From assembly GCA_963769425.1 (NCBI GenBank), contig CAVYLP010000006.1, forward strand, positions 544,001-608,000: a stretch of 64,000 nucleotides of DNA, written 5' to 3'. This DNA comes from Candidatus Bathyarchaeota archaeon (GTDB taxonomy: Archaea; Thermoproteota; Bathyarchaeia; TCS64). Under the pieces are notes generated by a model. That model worked only from the letters and a program-made list of their open reading frames with translations. It was not told where the DNA came from and did no database searches. Shown in pieces: positions 51,256 through 60,619 of the stretch (position 1 is the stretch's first letter; each line of letters opens with the position of its first letter). The translations under genes were made by a program, and so were the position numbers.

Positions 51256-51300
51256 AAGAGTTAAGGCTGTGGGTTCCGAGGTTCAAACAGGGATTTAAGC

Positions 51301-52096
51301 TTGAGCGACGAGGAACAGGCTCCGCCTGGACGTAGTTTTTGGAGCGGTACCATTAGTATCGGGCTCGTCAATGTGCCCGTCAAGCTCTACACGATGATCC
51401 GTGACCAGAGCTACAGCTTCCACTTCCTCAGGAAGAAGGATGGATGCCCCCTTAGGTATCAGAGGGTCTGCACTTATGACAACGAGGTGGTGGAGTGGGC
51501 GGATGTATCCCGCGGATACGAGGTACAGAAGGGGGAGTTCGTCACATTCACGAAGGAGGAACTCGACGCGATCCGCCCAGAATCGGACCGCAGGATCAAG
51601 ATCGATAAATTCGTCCAAGTCCTCGGCGTCGACCCACTCTATTTCCAGAGCAGCTACATACTCGGCCCCGATAAGAGCGGGGACGCTTACGGGCTCCTCT
51701 ACTCGGCTCTCGAGAAGAAGGGGATGGCTGGCGTCGGCCGCTACACGATGAGGACGAAGGAGTACCCCGTCCTCATACACGCCTATAGAGGTGCCCTCAT
51801 ACTCACGACTCTCCGCTACCCCAATGAGGTCATAGACCCCAATGCCAGTAAAGGACCTTAAGGAGCTGAAGGAGCCGAGCAAGAAGGAGCTCGAACTCGC
51901 CTTACAAGATACTCGAAAACCTCACCGGCGAGTTCGACATCACCGAGTACAAGGACACATACGCGAGAACGTGGAGAAACTCATCAAGAAGAAGCTAAAG
52001 GGAGAGACCATCAAGGTGGAGAAACCGGAGAAGAAGGAGGAGGTCAAGGAGCTGATGGTCGCTCTTGAGGAGACTCTCGCGCAGATGAAGAAGTGA
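51301..52096 (+). CDS. ku: Ku end-binding protein; apparent indels at ~51840, ~51905 and ~51962
   Basis: WSGTISIGLVNVPVKLY, RGYE, YGLLYSAL, TLRYPNEV; corrected tail ELALKILENLTGEFDITEYKDTYRENVEKLIKKK...LMVALEETL. Confidence 0.92.
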
Positions 52097-53485
52097 TGAA
52101 GTACCAGCCGATGCTCGCGGAGCCGGCGGACACCCCCTTCAGCGGCGCGGGGTGGCTCTTCGAGGTAAAGTGGGACGGCATACGCGCCATCGCCCACGTC
52201 GAGGAAGGGCTGCAGATACTCAGCAGGAACGACAACGACATCACGAGGAAGTTCCCCGAGCTCGCCGAGCTGTCGGGGCTCGCCTCGGGCGTGGTCCTCG
52301 ACGGTGAGATAGTCGTTATGAAGGGGGGGACGCCCCGACTTCCAGGCCGTCGCGAAGCGTGTGCAGACGTCGAAACCCGGGGATATAGAACGCAAAGCCC
52401 GCGAGACCCCCTGCACCTATGTTGTCTTCGACATCCTCGAGAGGGGAGGGGGGCCTCTGATCTCGAAACCGCTGAGCGAGAGGAAGGCAATCCTTAGGGA
52501 GTCGCTCAAGGACGGGGAGCATGTCGTCGTCTCCAGCTACGTCGTTGGTCAGGGGGAGGCTTACTACGAGGCTGCCGTGGCGAAGGGGCTGGAAGGCATC
52601 GTGGCGAAGCAACTCGATAGCCCCTACCGCCCCGGGGAGAGGAGCCGCGAGTGGCTTAAGGTAAAGAGGGTGAAGTCGGCGGACTGCGTCGTCATCGGCT
52701 ACACGAGGGGAATCGGGAACAGGGCGAATACCTTCGGGGCACTCCTACTTGGACTCTACGACGGTGACGTGCTCACTTTTGTGGGCAGGGTCGGTACAGG
52801 ATTCACCGATAAGTCGCTGAAGGAGCTTCTCGCCGCCTTCCGCCCCTACGAGACGACGGAGAAGCAGGTCGATGCACCTGACATCCCCACCGGCTCCACC
52901 TGGCTTAAGCCCAGCGTCGTCGCTGAGGTTGGCTACCAGAACCTTACCGAAGATAACCGCCTTCGCGCCCCTCGCTTCCTCAGATTGAGAACCGATAAAA
53001 CCCCCCGAGACTGTACAATATCACAGGTGAGGCCACTGACTCTCAAAGAGTATAACACGAAGAGGAACTTCTCGAAGAGCCCTGAACCCGTCGGCGAGGG
53101 AGCGAAGCCTAAGGGAAACAGCTACGTGGTGCAGGAGCACCATGCGAGCCACCTTCACTGGGACCTGAGGCTGGAGAGGGACGGTGTGCTGAAGAGCTGG
53201 GCTGTACCGAAGGGACCCCCCGAGAAGGTTGGGGACAAGCGGCTCGCGGTGGCCGTGGAGGACCACCCGCTCGACTACGGCGGATTCGAGGGCACCATCC
53301 CCGAGGGGGAGTACGGCGCCGGCACCGTCAAGATATGGGATAGAGGCACATACGAGGCGAAGGAGTGGGGGGAGGAGAAGATAGAGTTCAACATCCACGG
53401 CGAGCGGCTCAGCGGCCCCTACGAGCTCGTCCGCTTTAGGAAGGCGGGGGACAAGAACTGGCTCCTTTTCAAGAAGAAGGAGTAG
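52096..53485 (+). CDS. ligD: LigD ATP-dependent ligase fused to C-terminal 3'-phosphoesterase (PE); +1 indel at ~52335
   Basis: PMLA, EVKWDG, LDGEIV, FDIL, EGIVAK, WLKVK, VGRVGTGF; then EYNTKRNFSKSPEP..VVQEHHASHLHWDLRLE..SWAVPKG..VEDHPLDY. Confidence 0.92.
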
Positions 53486-53499
53486 CCTACCTCGGCACC

Positions 53500-54243
53500 A
53501 TGGGGTGGAGCTACAAGTTCTGGGTCGGCAAGCTCTACCCCGAGGGCACGAAGCCCACCGCTTACCTCACCGAGTACGCCAAAGCCATGAACTCGGTCGA
53601 GATCGACGCCACATTCTACAGGATACCGAGCGTCCCCACCGTCGAGGCTTGGAGGGACGCTGTCCCCGACGGTTTCAGATTCGCCGCCAAGTTCCCGCAG
53701 ACGGTTACACACGTCCCCGGCCTCGCATACGACGAGGATAGGCTCGAGGTCTTCCTCCACCATATTGAGGCCTTCGGGGAGAAGCTGGGCCCCCTGCTCC
53801 TCCAGTTCCCGCCCTTCCTCAAGCCAGCCTACACGGTCCTCGACGACCTGTTGGAGAAGCTCCCAAGGAGAAGGCTCGTCGCCGCTGAGTTCAGGAACAG
53901 GCACTGGTTCACCGAGGAGACCTACAGGCTGCTCAGGGACCACGGCGTCGCCCTCGCCTCGACGAATAGAGAGGGGTCGCCCGAGGTTGAGACCGCCGAC
54001 TTCGCCTACATCCGCCTCGAGGGGGACAGGAAAGCCGTGGTCGCAGAGAGGGGCGAGGTGCAGGTGGACAGGGGCGCAGAGACTGTTGAGTGGGCGGGGA
54101 AGGTGAAGAGGCAACTCGAGTCGGGCCGTGACATCTACGCCTACTTCAGCAAATACTACTCGGGCTATCCCCCGGCCGACGTCGAGGCGATGAGAAGGCT
54201 TCTCCCTAGAGTCCCCACCAATACGGGTACTCGATCCTCATAG
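53500..54243 (+). CDS. DUF72 (YecE) family protein
   Basis: (YLGT)MGWSY, SVEIDATFY, FAAKFP, LLQFPP, EFRN, YIRL; true start probably upstream. Confidence 0.9.
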   Translation: MGWSYKFWVGKLYPEGTKPTAYLTEYAKAMNSVEIDATFYRIPSVPTVEAWRDAVPDGFRFAAKFPQTVTHVPGLAYDEDRLEVFLHHIEAFGEKLGPLLLQFPPFLKPAYTVLDDLLEKLPRRRLVAAEFRNRHWFTEETYRLLRDHGVALASTNREGSPEVETADFAYIRLEGDRKAVVAERGEVQVDRGAETVEWAGKVKRQLESGRDIYAYFSKYYSGYPPADVEAMRRLLPRVPTNTGTRSS

Positions 54244-54928
54244 ACCTGCCCCTGAACCAGACCGCCATCTCCTCCTCGAGGGGCTGGAGGATGAAGCCGT
54301 CCAGGAACCTTATCCCGTCGAGCGGAATGGGGAGGCCGAACCAGTGGAAGAGTGTCGCCCCGACCCAGGTGTCATGCGTGACATAGAGGTCGATGTTGTC
54401 GGGGGCGGCGTTCTCCAGCCGGAGTATAGCGTACTCGCCCACCATCCTCGCGAACTCACTCGAGGGGCGGAAGACGTCCTGGGGAGCCAGCCCCGCGAGC
54501 CATCGGTTCATCATCTCCGCAACGGCCACGTCCTCGTCCCCGCACCGTTTGAATACCGTGTCTATGTAGTCGTCCATCGCTTGGGGATCGTAGGAGGTGC
54601 GGAATGGGAACACACCCGCAATATCAGCCTTGGACCCTCCCCTCCTTATGCCCTCGACTATCGACTCCGCCGACTCCTTCGCCCGATCCAAAACGGTGTG
54701 GTAGACGCGGTAGCCTCTCCCCGCGGGCAGGCCCTCGCCGAACTCGATCGCCGCCTCTCTCCCGAACGAGGTGCTCAGGAGGGCGTTGCTGTTGGGACCC
54801 GACATCCCGGGGCGCTCCGTGTGCCTGATGTGGATCATCGCCGGCTTCCCCGGCTCGAGTTCCGTGGCGCTCTTTAGAATGTTCAGGGGTAGCTTGCCCC
54901 AGTCGACGGATGATAATACGCGGCCCAC
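54206..54928 (-). CDS. Histidine phosphatase superfamily protein
   Basis: IRHTER, R..ESA, YVTHD. Confidence 0.75.
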   Translation of the reverse strand: MGRVLSSVDWGKLPLNILKSATELEPGKPAMIHIRHTERPGMSGPNSNALLSTSFGREAAIEFGEGLPAGRGYRVYHTVLDRAKESAESIVEGIRRGGSKADIAGVFPFRTSYDPQAMDDYIDTVFKRCGDEDVAVAEMMNRWLAGLAPQDVFRPSSEFARMVGEYAILRLENAAPDNIDLYVTHDTWVGATLFHWFGLPIPLDGIRFLDGFILQPLEEEMAVWFRGRSMRIEYPYWWGL

Positions 54929-54979
54929 GAGGGTAGAAGGGCTATGAGGTTTAATTAAACCAGCGAATGAGGGGGCGTT

Positions 54980-55957
54980 CTATTCGTAGAAGTCGGGCTT
55001 CGGGGCCCACGCCGGGTAGTCGACCTTCTTCAGTAAAGGCTTGTTCTTCGGCCACATAGGCTTCTGGAGGTATGTGTAGCACTCGTTCCTGCTCTGCTGG
55101 AGGGTGTTGTGGAGCTTCGTCGTCTTCCGGTACTCGCGTAGCTCGCCGACGTCGATGACCGCGCCAATGGTCATCTGGCGCCCCTTCGCTGCAACTGCTA
55201 TCGGCCTCCCCATGAAGTCGACTATCATGCTGTTCCCGTACTTCGCCTCGTTCGCGTTGACACCGTAGACCATGTTCTCGATGCTGCGCATCTTGTTCAC
55301 AGTCGTGTACCAGTCGTATGGGTCGAACATGAGCTCCTGCGGGTAAGGCGGGAAGACGGTGGGCTTGAGGATGACCTCAGCGCCGTTGAAGGCGAGCTGC
55401 CGCGCCACCTCGGGGAAGAACTGGTCGTAACAGACCATGCAGGCGAGGTTGCCTAACTCCGTCTTCGCCACGGGGAAGAGGGGCGCCTTGTAGTCGTCGA
55501 GGACGTCGTGGGGGCTCGTGGTGAGCTCGAGGGGAATCCACGGGTTGATCTTACGATACTTCAGAATGATTTTGCCCTTCGGGTTCATGATGAAGGCGGT
55601 GTTGAAGTAGTAGTCGGGGAACTCGGGGTCGCGCTCGTGCAGGCTGGCGGAGACGTAGGTGTTCCACTTCTTCGCCATTCCCGCGATGGCGTCGGTCTCG
55701 GGCCCGGGCATCTCGATCGCTGAGGTGACTCGCATCTTCTGGTCCTGCTTCGGGTCCGCCTCGTCGTACTCGTGGCGGAGTATGTTCTCGGGGAAGACGG
55801 TGAGCTTGACGGGGATGGTCTCCTCCCACGTCTCTAGGCTCTGGAAGCTGGCGAGGACCCTTGTGAGGTTGACCTTCCTGCGTTCGGCGAAGTCTGGTAT
55901 CTCGTCTGGATTTATCCTCATGTACTGGACTATGGCGGCGGTGTACCTGTCTACCAT
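54980..55957 (-). CDS. Nitrilase/carbon-nitrogen hydrolase
   Basis: FPE, FNTA, YRK, VCYD..FPE..R catalytic E-K-C triad. Confidence 0.9.
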   Translation of the reverse strand: MVDRYTAAIVQYMRINPDEIPDFAERRKVNLTRVLASFQSLETWEETIPVKLTVFPENILRHEYDEADPKQDQKMRVTSAIEMPGPETDAIAGMAKKWNTYVSASLHERDPEFPDYYFNTAFIMNPKGKIILKYRKINPWIPLELTTSPHDVLDDYKAPLFPVAKTELGNLACMVCYDQFFPEVARQLAFNGAEVILKPTVFPPYPQELMFDPYDWYTTVNKMRSIENMVYGVNANEAKYGNSMIVDFMGRPIAVAAKGRQMTIGAVIDVGELREYRKTTKLHNTLQQSRNECYTYLQKPMWPKNKPLLKKVDYPAWAPKPDFYE

Positions 55958-56057
55958 ACATGCAACCTTCGATGCTCACCACGCCGCGGGGGCCCATTAT
56001 TAATTTAATGACATAGATGACGTGAAAAACAGCTGCATTGTCTCAAATGGGGCACAG

Positions 56058-56636
56058 CTACGACTTGACCATCTTGAAGCCCATGCCCGTGCCCTTCCCC
56101 TGCTCAAAGGCGAGGTGGATGAGCAGTGCCGTCATAGGCTCGAGGAAACGCGCGTTCCTTATCGGCCCGCAGTCGAGGGGCTCGAAGCCTATGTCCGACG
56201 CCAGCTTCGCAACGATCTCCTTCGCCCCCGCGTCGTCGCCTGCTAAGAAGGCGGTGAGCTTCTCGCGCCCCACCGAGCCGGTCGTCATGTTGACGGCGAA
56301 GACCGTATTGAAGGCCTTCACGACCCTCGCCCTCGGGAGGAGATTCTGAGTCTCCTCGCCCGCGGAAGACGTGAAGCCGACGGCGAGCCCGCTCTGGGAG
56401 AGCGGGTTCATGACGTCTATGAGAGGCTTCCCGTCAGCGGCCGAGCCGATCGCCACCGCGGCGTTCTTGGCCTCGCCGTAGGGAACCGCGAGGATAATGA
56501 CCTCGCCCCATGAGGCCGCCGCGTTGACGGGCTCCTTCGGGTCCCTGTGCCCGAACTTGACCTCGTGGCCCGCCTTGGTGAGCCCCTTCGCGAGTGCGTT
56601 CCCGACGTGCCCCTTACCGATGATGGCTATCTTCAT
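56058..56636 (-). CDS. NADP-dependent oxidoreductase, F420_oxidored family
   Basis: MKIAIIGKGHVG, LAVP, IDVMNP, VVKAFNT, GDD. Confidence 0.88.
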   Translation of the reverse strand: MKIAIIGKGHVGNALAKGLTKAGHEVKFGHRDPKEPVNAAASWGEVIILAVPYGEAKNAAVAIGSAADGKPLIDVMNPLSQSGLAVGFTSSAGEETQNLLPRARVVKAFNTVFAVNMTTGSVGREKLTAFLAGDDAGAKEIVAKLASDIGFEPLDCGPIRNARFLEPMTALLIHLAFEQGKGTGMGFKMVKS

Positions 56637-56729
56637 GTTTGACCGATGGAAAGATTCGGTGATAAACGTTACCTGATGAGGCGTCGAAAGTTTCATCCAG
56701 CCCGCCGGGCGCTTATGCCCCGATGAGGT

Positions 56730-57929
56730 TTGACGAGGCCTAAGCTGAAGAGGGACGACCAGCAGTGGATGCTGGACTGGATAGTCAAGACGACTGGGCG
56801 TGTGCAGAACCTCGCGAACGACGAGAGGGACCTCCCACCCGAGGTCAAGTCGTACCGTATGATCCCGCGCGTCCTCTACAAGGAGGCGCGCCACTTTGAG
56901 ACGATCGCGAAGGCGGCCGAGGCGGCTGGCCACACCGATACGGCGCGCCAACTCTACCGCCGTGCAAGCCAGGTCTACCACGAGGCGCAGCACAGCATCT
57001 TCGAGGACGACAACAAGGAGAAGATCTTCCTCCACGGGAAACACATCGAGTGCTACGACAAGGTCGCCGGCTACGCGGACAACCCGATCGAGAAGGTTGA
57101 GATACAGTGGGAGGGCGTCCAGATACAGGGCCGCTTCCACCTACTCAGGGACAGGCGCAAGGCACCCACTGTCCTCTTCCTCCCCGGGATGGACATGACG
57201 AAGGAGGCGTTCCCCAACCCCCTCGCCAACCCGTTCCTCCGACGTGGCATGAACGTGCTCTCCATCGACGGCCCAGGCCAGGGTATCAGCAACATCCGCA
57301 AGATCAGGGTCAATGACGACAACTACGAGAGAGCGGCGATGGCGGCCATCGACTGGCTCGTGGCGAGGCCCGAGGTGGACCCGGAGCAGATAGTCATCGT
57401 TGGCATCAGCTTCGGTTGCCACTGGGGCATTCGAACAGCAGCCATCGATAAACGAGTCAGGGCCCTAGCAACCACCTACGCCGTCGTTGGCCCAAAGAAG
57501 GCAATCTTCGGCGAGGCATCCCCACGATTCAAGCAGATGTTCATGTACATGGCGGGGCTCAGCGACGAGGACGAGTTCGATGCAATGGCGGAGAGGATGG
57601 ACACCACCGGCTACGCAGAGAGGATCATGTGCCCCACATTACTCACTATGGGGGAGTACGACCCACTCTGCCACCTCGAGTACGCCGTCGACTTCTTCGA
57701 CGAGCTAACCTGCCCTAAGGAAATGTGGGTGCTCGAGAACGAGTTCCACCGCATAAGCCTCCGCGAGGGCATCGGAGGCATAGAGATCTACCCATACATA
57801 GCCGACTGGCTACGCGACGAGTTGGACGGAAAACATCCGAAGGACCTCAACAAGACTGTGTTGGTGAAGCAGAAGAGCGGCGCGGGCCCCTATGAGGCTC
57901 CCACCGACTCATTGAACCTCCCCCGCTAG
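56730..57929 (+). CDS. Alpha/beta hydrolase (2,6-dihydroxypseudooxynicotine hydrolase/FrsA-like)
   Basis: PGMDMTKE, IDGPGQG, GISFG nucleophile elbow, GEYDPL, H. Confidence 0.8.
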   Translation: MTRPKLKRDDQQWMLDWIVKTTGRVQNLANDERDLPPEVKSYRMIPRVLYKEARHFETIAKAAEAAGHTDTARQLYRRASQVYHEAQHSIFEDDNKEKIFLHGKHIECYDKVAGYADNPIEKVEIQWEGVQIQGRFHLLRDRRKAPTVLFLPGMDMTKEAFPNPLANPFLRRGMNVLSIDGPGQGISNIRKIRVNDDNYERAAMAAIDWLVARPEVDPEQIVIVGISFGCHWGIRTAAIDKRVRALATTYAVVGPKKAIFGEASPRFKQMFMYMAGLSDEDEFDAMAERMDTTGYAERIMCPTLLTMGEYDPLCHLEYAVDFFDELTCPKEMWVLENEFHRISLREGIGGIEIYPYIADWLRDELDGKHPKDLNKTVLVKQKSGAGPYEAPTDSLNLPR

Positions 57930-58573
57930 GCCTTCACTCGGTAGAGCTTGGCTCGTGCGACGCTTCCAACTTCTTCAAGCATACCCATCTTGGCTAGGCA
58001 GTAGACAACCCTTCTGGCGAGTGTAATCCTTAACCCTATGGCTTTGCTGAGTTGGCGCGCCGTGAATGCTCCATGCATATCCGGTATCAGCTTCAGGTAG
58101 TCCTCCGGCCTCTCGAAGACCATGCTGCTGACCACCTTGACGAGGTGCCTTTCAGTTACAGTGTAGCGTGTCCTCTTTCGCCCTCTCCATCTAACGGCCT
58201 GCGACTCCTCCGAGTGGACTAGCAGCACCTCAAGCGAAAAATTAGGGTCCAGAGGCATCGTGGGGCAGTAGACCAGCTCGTTGAAGACGTCCTCGACACG
58301 CCCAACCCGAGGCGAGACACGACGCTGCCTCCTCCCATCGACCTCCCTAATGACCCACCTCCTCTCAGGGACAGGGTGCACGAGCCTGACACGATACCCC
58401 TTCAGCAGCTTCGCCAACTTCGCCCTAATCTGAGGAAAATTCCCAGTCTGAATCTCTATCAAAAGGTCGCCACGAATAAGGTCCGCCCTGTACCCCCATA
58501 CAGTCCCCTCAACAAGATCCCCAGGCCTCCAAAGCCACTCCTTCAACTCAGCGTGGAGGCCCCTCTCTGGCAT
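57926..58573 (-). CDS. Putative PD-(D/E)XK-like nuclease with C-terminal winged helix
   Basis: E..LH..LK, ADL...IEIQT; C-terminal FTARQLSKAIG...ARRVVYCL..MG wHTH. Confidence 0.6.
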   Translation of the reverse strand: MPERGLHAELKEWLWRPGDLVEGTVWGYRADLIRGDLLIEIQTGNFPQIRAKLAKLLKGYRVRLVHPVPERRWVIREVDGRRQRRVSPRVGRVEDVFNELVYCPTMPLDPNFSLEVLLVHSEESQAVRWRGRKRTRYTVTERHLVKVVSSMVFERPEDYLKLIPDMHGAFTARQLSKAIGLRITLARRVVYCLAKMGMLEEVGSVARAKLYRVKA

Positions 58574-59051
58574 AGCTACATCACAAGCTCAAGCGCAATA
58601 TAACTAATACCGAGAATCGTTTAGGGAAAACTAGTAATTAATGAGTCTTTTATCGTTTAAAACGCACCAAATCAGAGGAAATGAGAAATACGGATTTTTT
58701 TACAGTTGGGAACAAACCAACCACGAAACCCTCCCCCCGAGGAGATCGAGGGATAACGCTTTCAGACGACGCCAAGCGAACACACCCGCAGCAGGCCAAA
58801 GCACAGACACGTAAACACCATCTTCACCCGGACACGAGGAGACTCGTCACAAGCACACCCCACCGCGGAACACCCTTCAACCGGACGCCTCCTCGACCCG
58901 ATCCGCTTATTCCGAAGCCGATGACTCACCCAAGCGGGTGGCCGCGGACCCATACCTCATAGTCGCGTCCCACCACGAGGCCCCACGCCGTGTACTCCTT
59001 ATCCCTGTACAAACCAGGTTCACTTTACCTCGCAATTAGTGACTACAATGC

Positions 59052-59196
59052 GCAACGGCACCATTACAACACGCAACAACCACCGTATACAGTGAAGAAT
59101 CCTGTAACGGCCACCACTTACATGCGCAACTGCTACTGTTACAAGCGCAACAGCCACCGTATACAAGGGACAGCTCCGTAACAGCCACCACTTATA
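59052..59196 (+). repeat. Six copies of a ~18-bp G(C/T)AAC...T(T/A)(T/A)CA-type motif, arranged as a ~76-bp imperfect tandem duplication
   Basis: Copies at 59052, 59073, 59104, 59126, 59147, 59178; two inverted copies at 59360-59399. Confidence 0.7.
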
Positions 59197-59200
59197 AGAG

Positions 59201-59282
59201 AGACAGAAATAGACAGAATAAGACAGAAATAGACGGCAATAGACAAAAATAGACTAATTAAAGACAATAAAGACAGGCGTCT
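59201..59282 (+). repeat. Eight AGAC-led ~10-bp tandem repeats ending in inverted GTCT
   Basis: agacagaaat agacagaata agacagaaat agacggcaat agacaaaaat agactaatta a-agacaataa agacaggcgtct. Confidence 0.9.
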
Positions 59283-59625
59283 AAGCGTTTTTATTGACCT
59301 GAATCGGTAAAGGGGCTTGGAAACGGCTCGGATGGTTAAAGTCTCTTGAGGAAAAACGGTATAAGTTGCAGCGGTTGCATTGTAAGTAGCCACCGTTGCG
59401 CGGGGTTTGGATGGTCTTGGAAGGGTTATTTGTCATAAACATGGAAAAGCTCCATTACGTCACTCACCTTCCTCGACTCTGAAAATCAGATATGAATTGG
59501 AAATCAATCTTGTTATTGTATTTTTACAAGTACCGCCACAAGTATGAAAAAGTTATTACAAGTATAAAGGCGCTAAATATTATAGTAGCATCCTGGGGTG
59601 AATAAAAGAAAAGTAGTAGATTGGG

Positions 59626-60615
59626 CTACTTTTCGAGCCCGCTCATCTTCCTAATCTGCCTGCCGACCTTCTCGATCTCGAGACCGTCGACCTCGTCCAT
59701 GAGTGCCTTGAAGTGCTTTGAGCCGTCCTTGTACTCGGCCATCCACTCCTTCGCGAACTTGCCGCTCTGGACATCCTTGAGCACCTTCCTCATGTTCTCC
59801 TCGACGCGGTCGTCTACGATGACAGGGCCGACTGTGAGGCCACCCCACTTCGCCGTGTCACTCACGGCGCGGTACATCCCACCGATGCCCGCCTTGTAGA
59901 TCAGGTCGACGATGAGCTTCAGCTCGTTGCAGACCTCGAAGTAGGCAAGCTCAGGAGGATAACCCGCGTCGACGAGGACCTTGAAGCCCCTCCGGATCAG
60001 CTGATCTGCGCCACCGCAGAGGACCGCTTGCTCGCCGAATAGGTCCTCCTCAGTCTCGTCCTTGAACGTGCTCTCGAGAACCCCAGCCTTACCGCTGCCC
60101 AGCGACTTGGCGAGGGCGAGCGCCGTCTGAAGCGCCTTCCCCGAGGCGTCCTGGTGGACGCTGACGAGGGCCGGGACACCGAAGCCCGCCTCGTACTGGC
60201 GGCGAAGCTCAGCGCCTGGGCTCTTCGGGGCGACCATTATCACATCGACGTCCTTCGGCGGCTTGATGGCGCCGTAGAGGATGTTAAATCCGTGTGCGAA
60301 CTGGAGTGTCTTCCCCTTCTTCATCGCGAGGGCGACCTCCTCCTTCCACACTGTGGGCTGAGCCATGTCGGGGACGAGCATGAGGACTATGTCCCCCTGC
60401 TGCGCGGCCTCGAGTACCGTCGTCACCTTGACGCCGTCTGCTTGGGCCTGCTTCCAGCTCTTGCCCCCGGGGCGGAGGCCAACGACGACGTTGACCCCGC
60501 TGTCCTTCATGTTGAGGGCCTGCGCCCTCCCCTGACTACCGTAGCCTATGACGGCCACCGTCTTGCCCTTCAGAACCTTGTCGTCTATGTCCTTATCGTG
60601 GTATACCTTCACCAT
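59626..60615 (-). CDS. ilvC: Ketol-acid reductoisomerase
   Basis: IGYGSQG, FAHGFNI, VAPKSPG, DLFGEQAVLCGG, AYFE, SDTA. Confidence 0.97.
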   Translation of the reverse strand: MVKVYHDKDIDDKVLKGKTVAVIGYGSQGRAQALNMKDSGVNVVVGLRPGGKSWKQAQADGVKVTTVLEAAQQGDIVLMLVPDMAQPTVWKEEVALAMKKGKTLQFAHGFNILYGAIKPPKDVDVIMVAPKSPGAELRRQYEAGFGVPALVSVHQDASGKALQTALALAKSLGSGKAGVLESTFKDETEEDLFGEQAVLCGGADQLIRRGFKVLVDAGYPPELAYFEVCNELKLIVDLIYKAGIGGMYRAVSDTAKWGGLTVGPVIVDDRVEENMRKVLKDVQSGKFAKEWMAEYKDGSKHFKALMDEVDGLEIEKVGRQIRKMSGLEK

Positions 60616-60619
60616 AGTG

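Noticed and set aside
56637-57140. N-terminal extension of the 360-aa ORF
   Set aside because: Antisense to the alpha/beta hydrolase; the Rossmann fold starts at 56636
58681-59010. Short ORFs on both strands, or a structural RNA such as RNase P or SRP
   Set aside because: Biased composition, no protein motif, and no GAGGAAAGUCC or SRP signature recognised
59040-59290. Possible CRISPR array
   Set aside because: Units are 10-20 bp, degenerate and lack unique spacers; no cas genes in the window
59139-59393. 84-aa hydrophobic ORF
   Set aside because: The apparent TM segment is just the reverse complement of the AGAC decamer repeat
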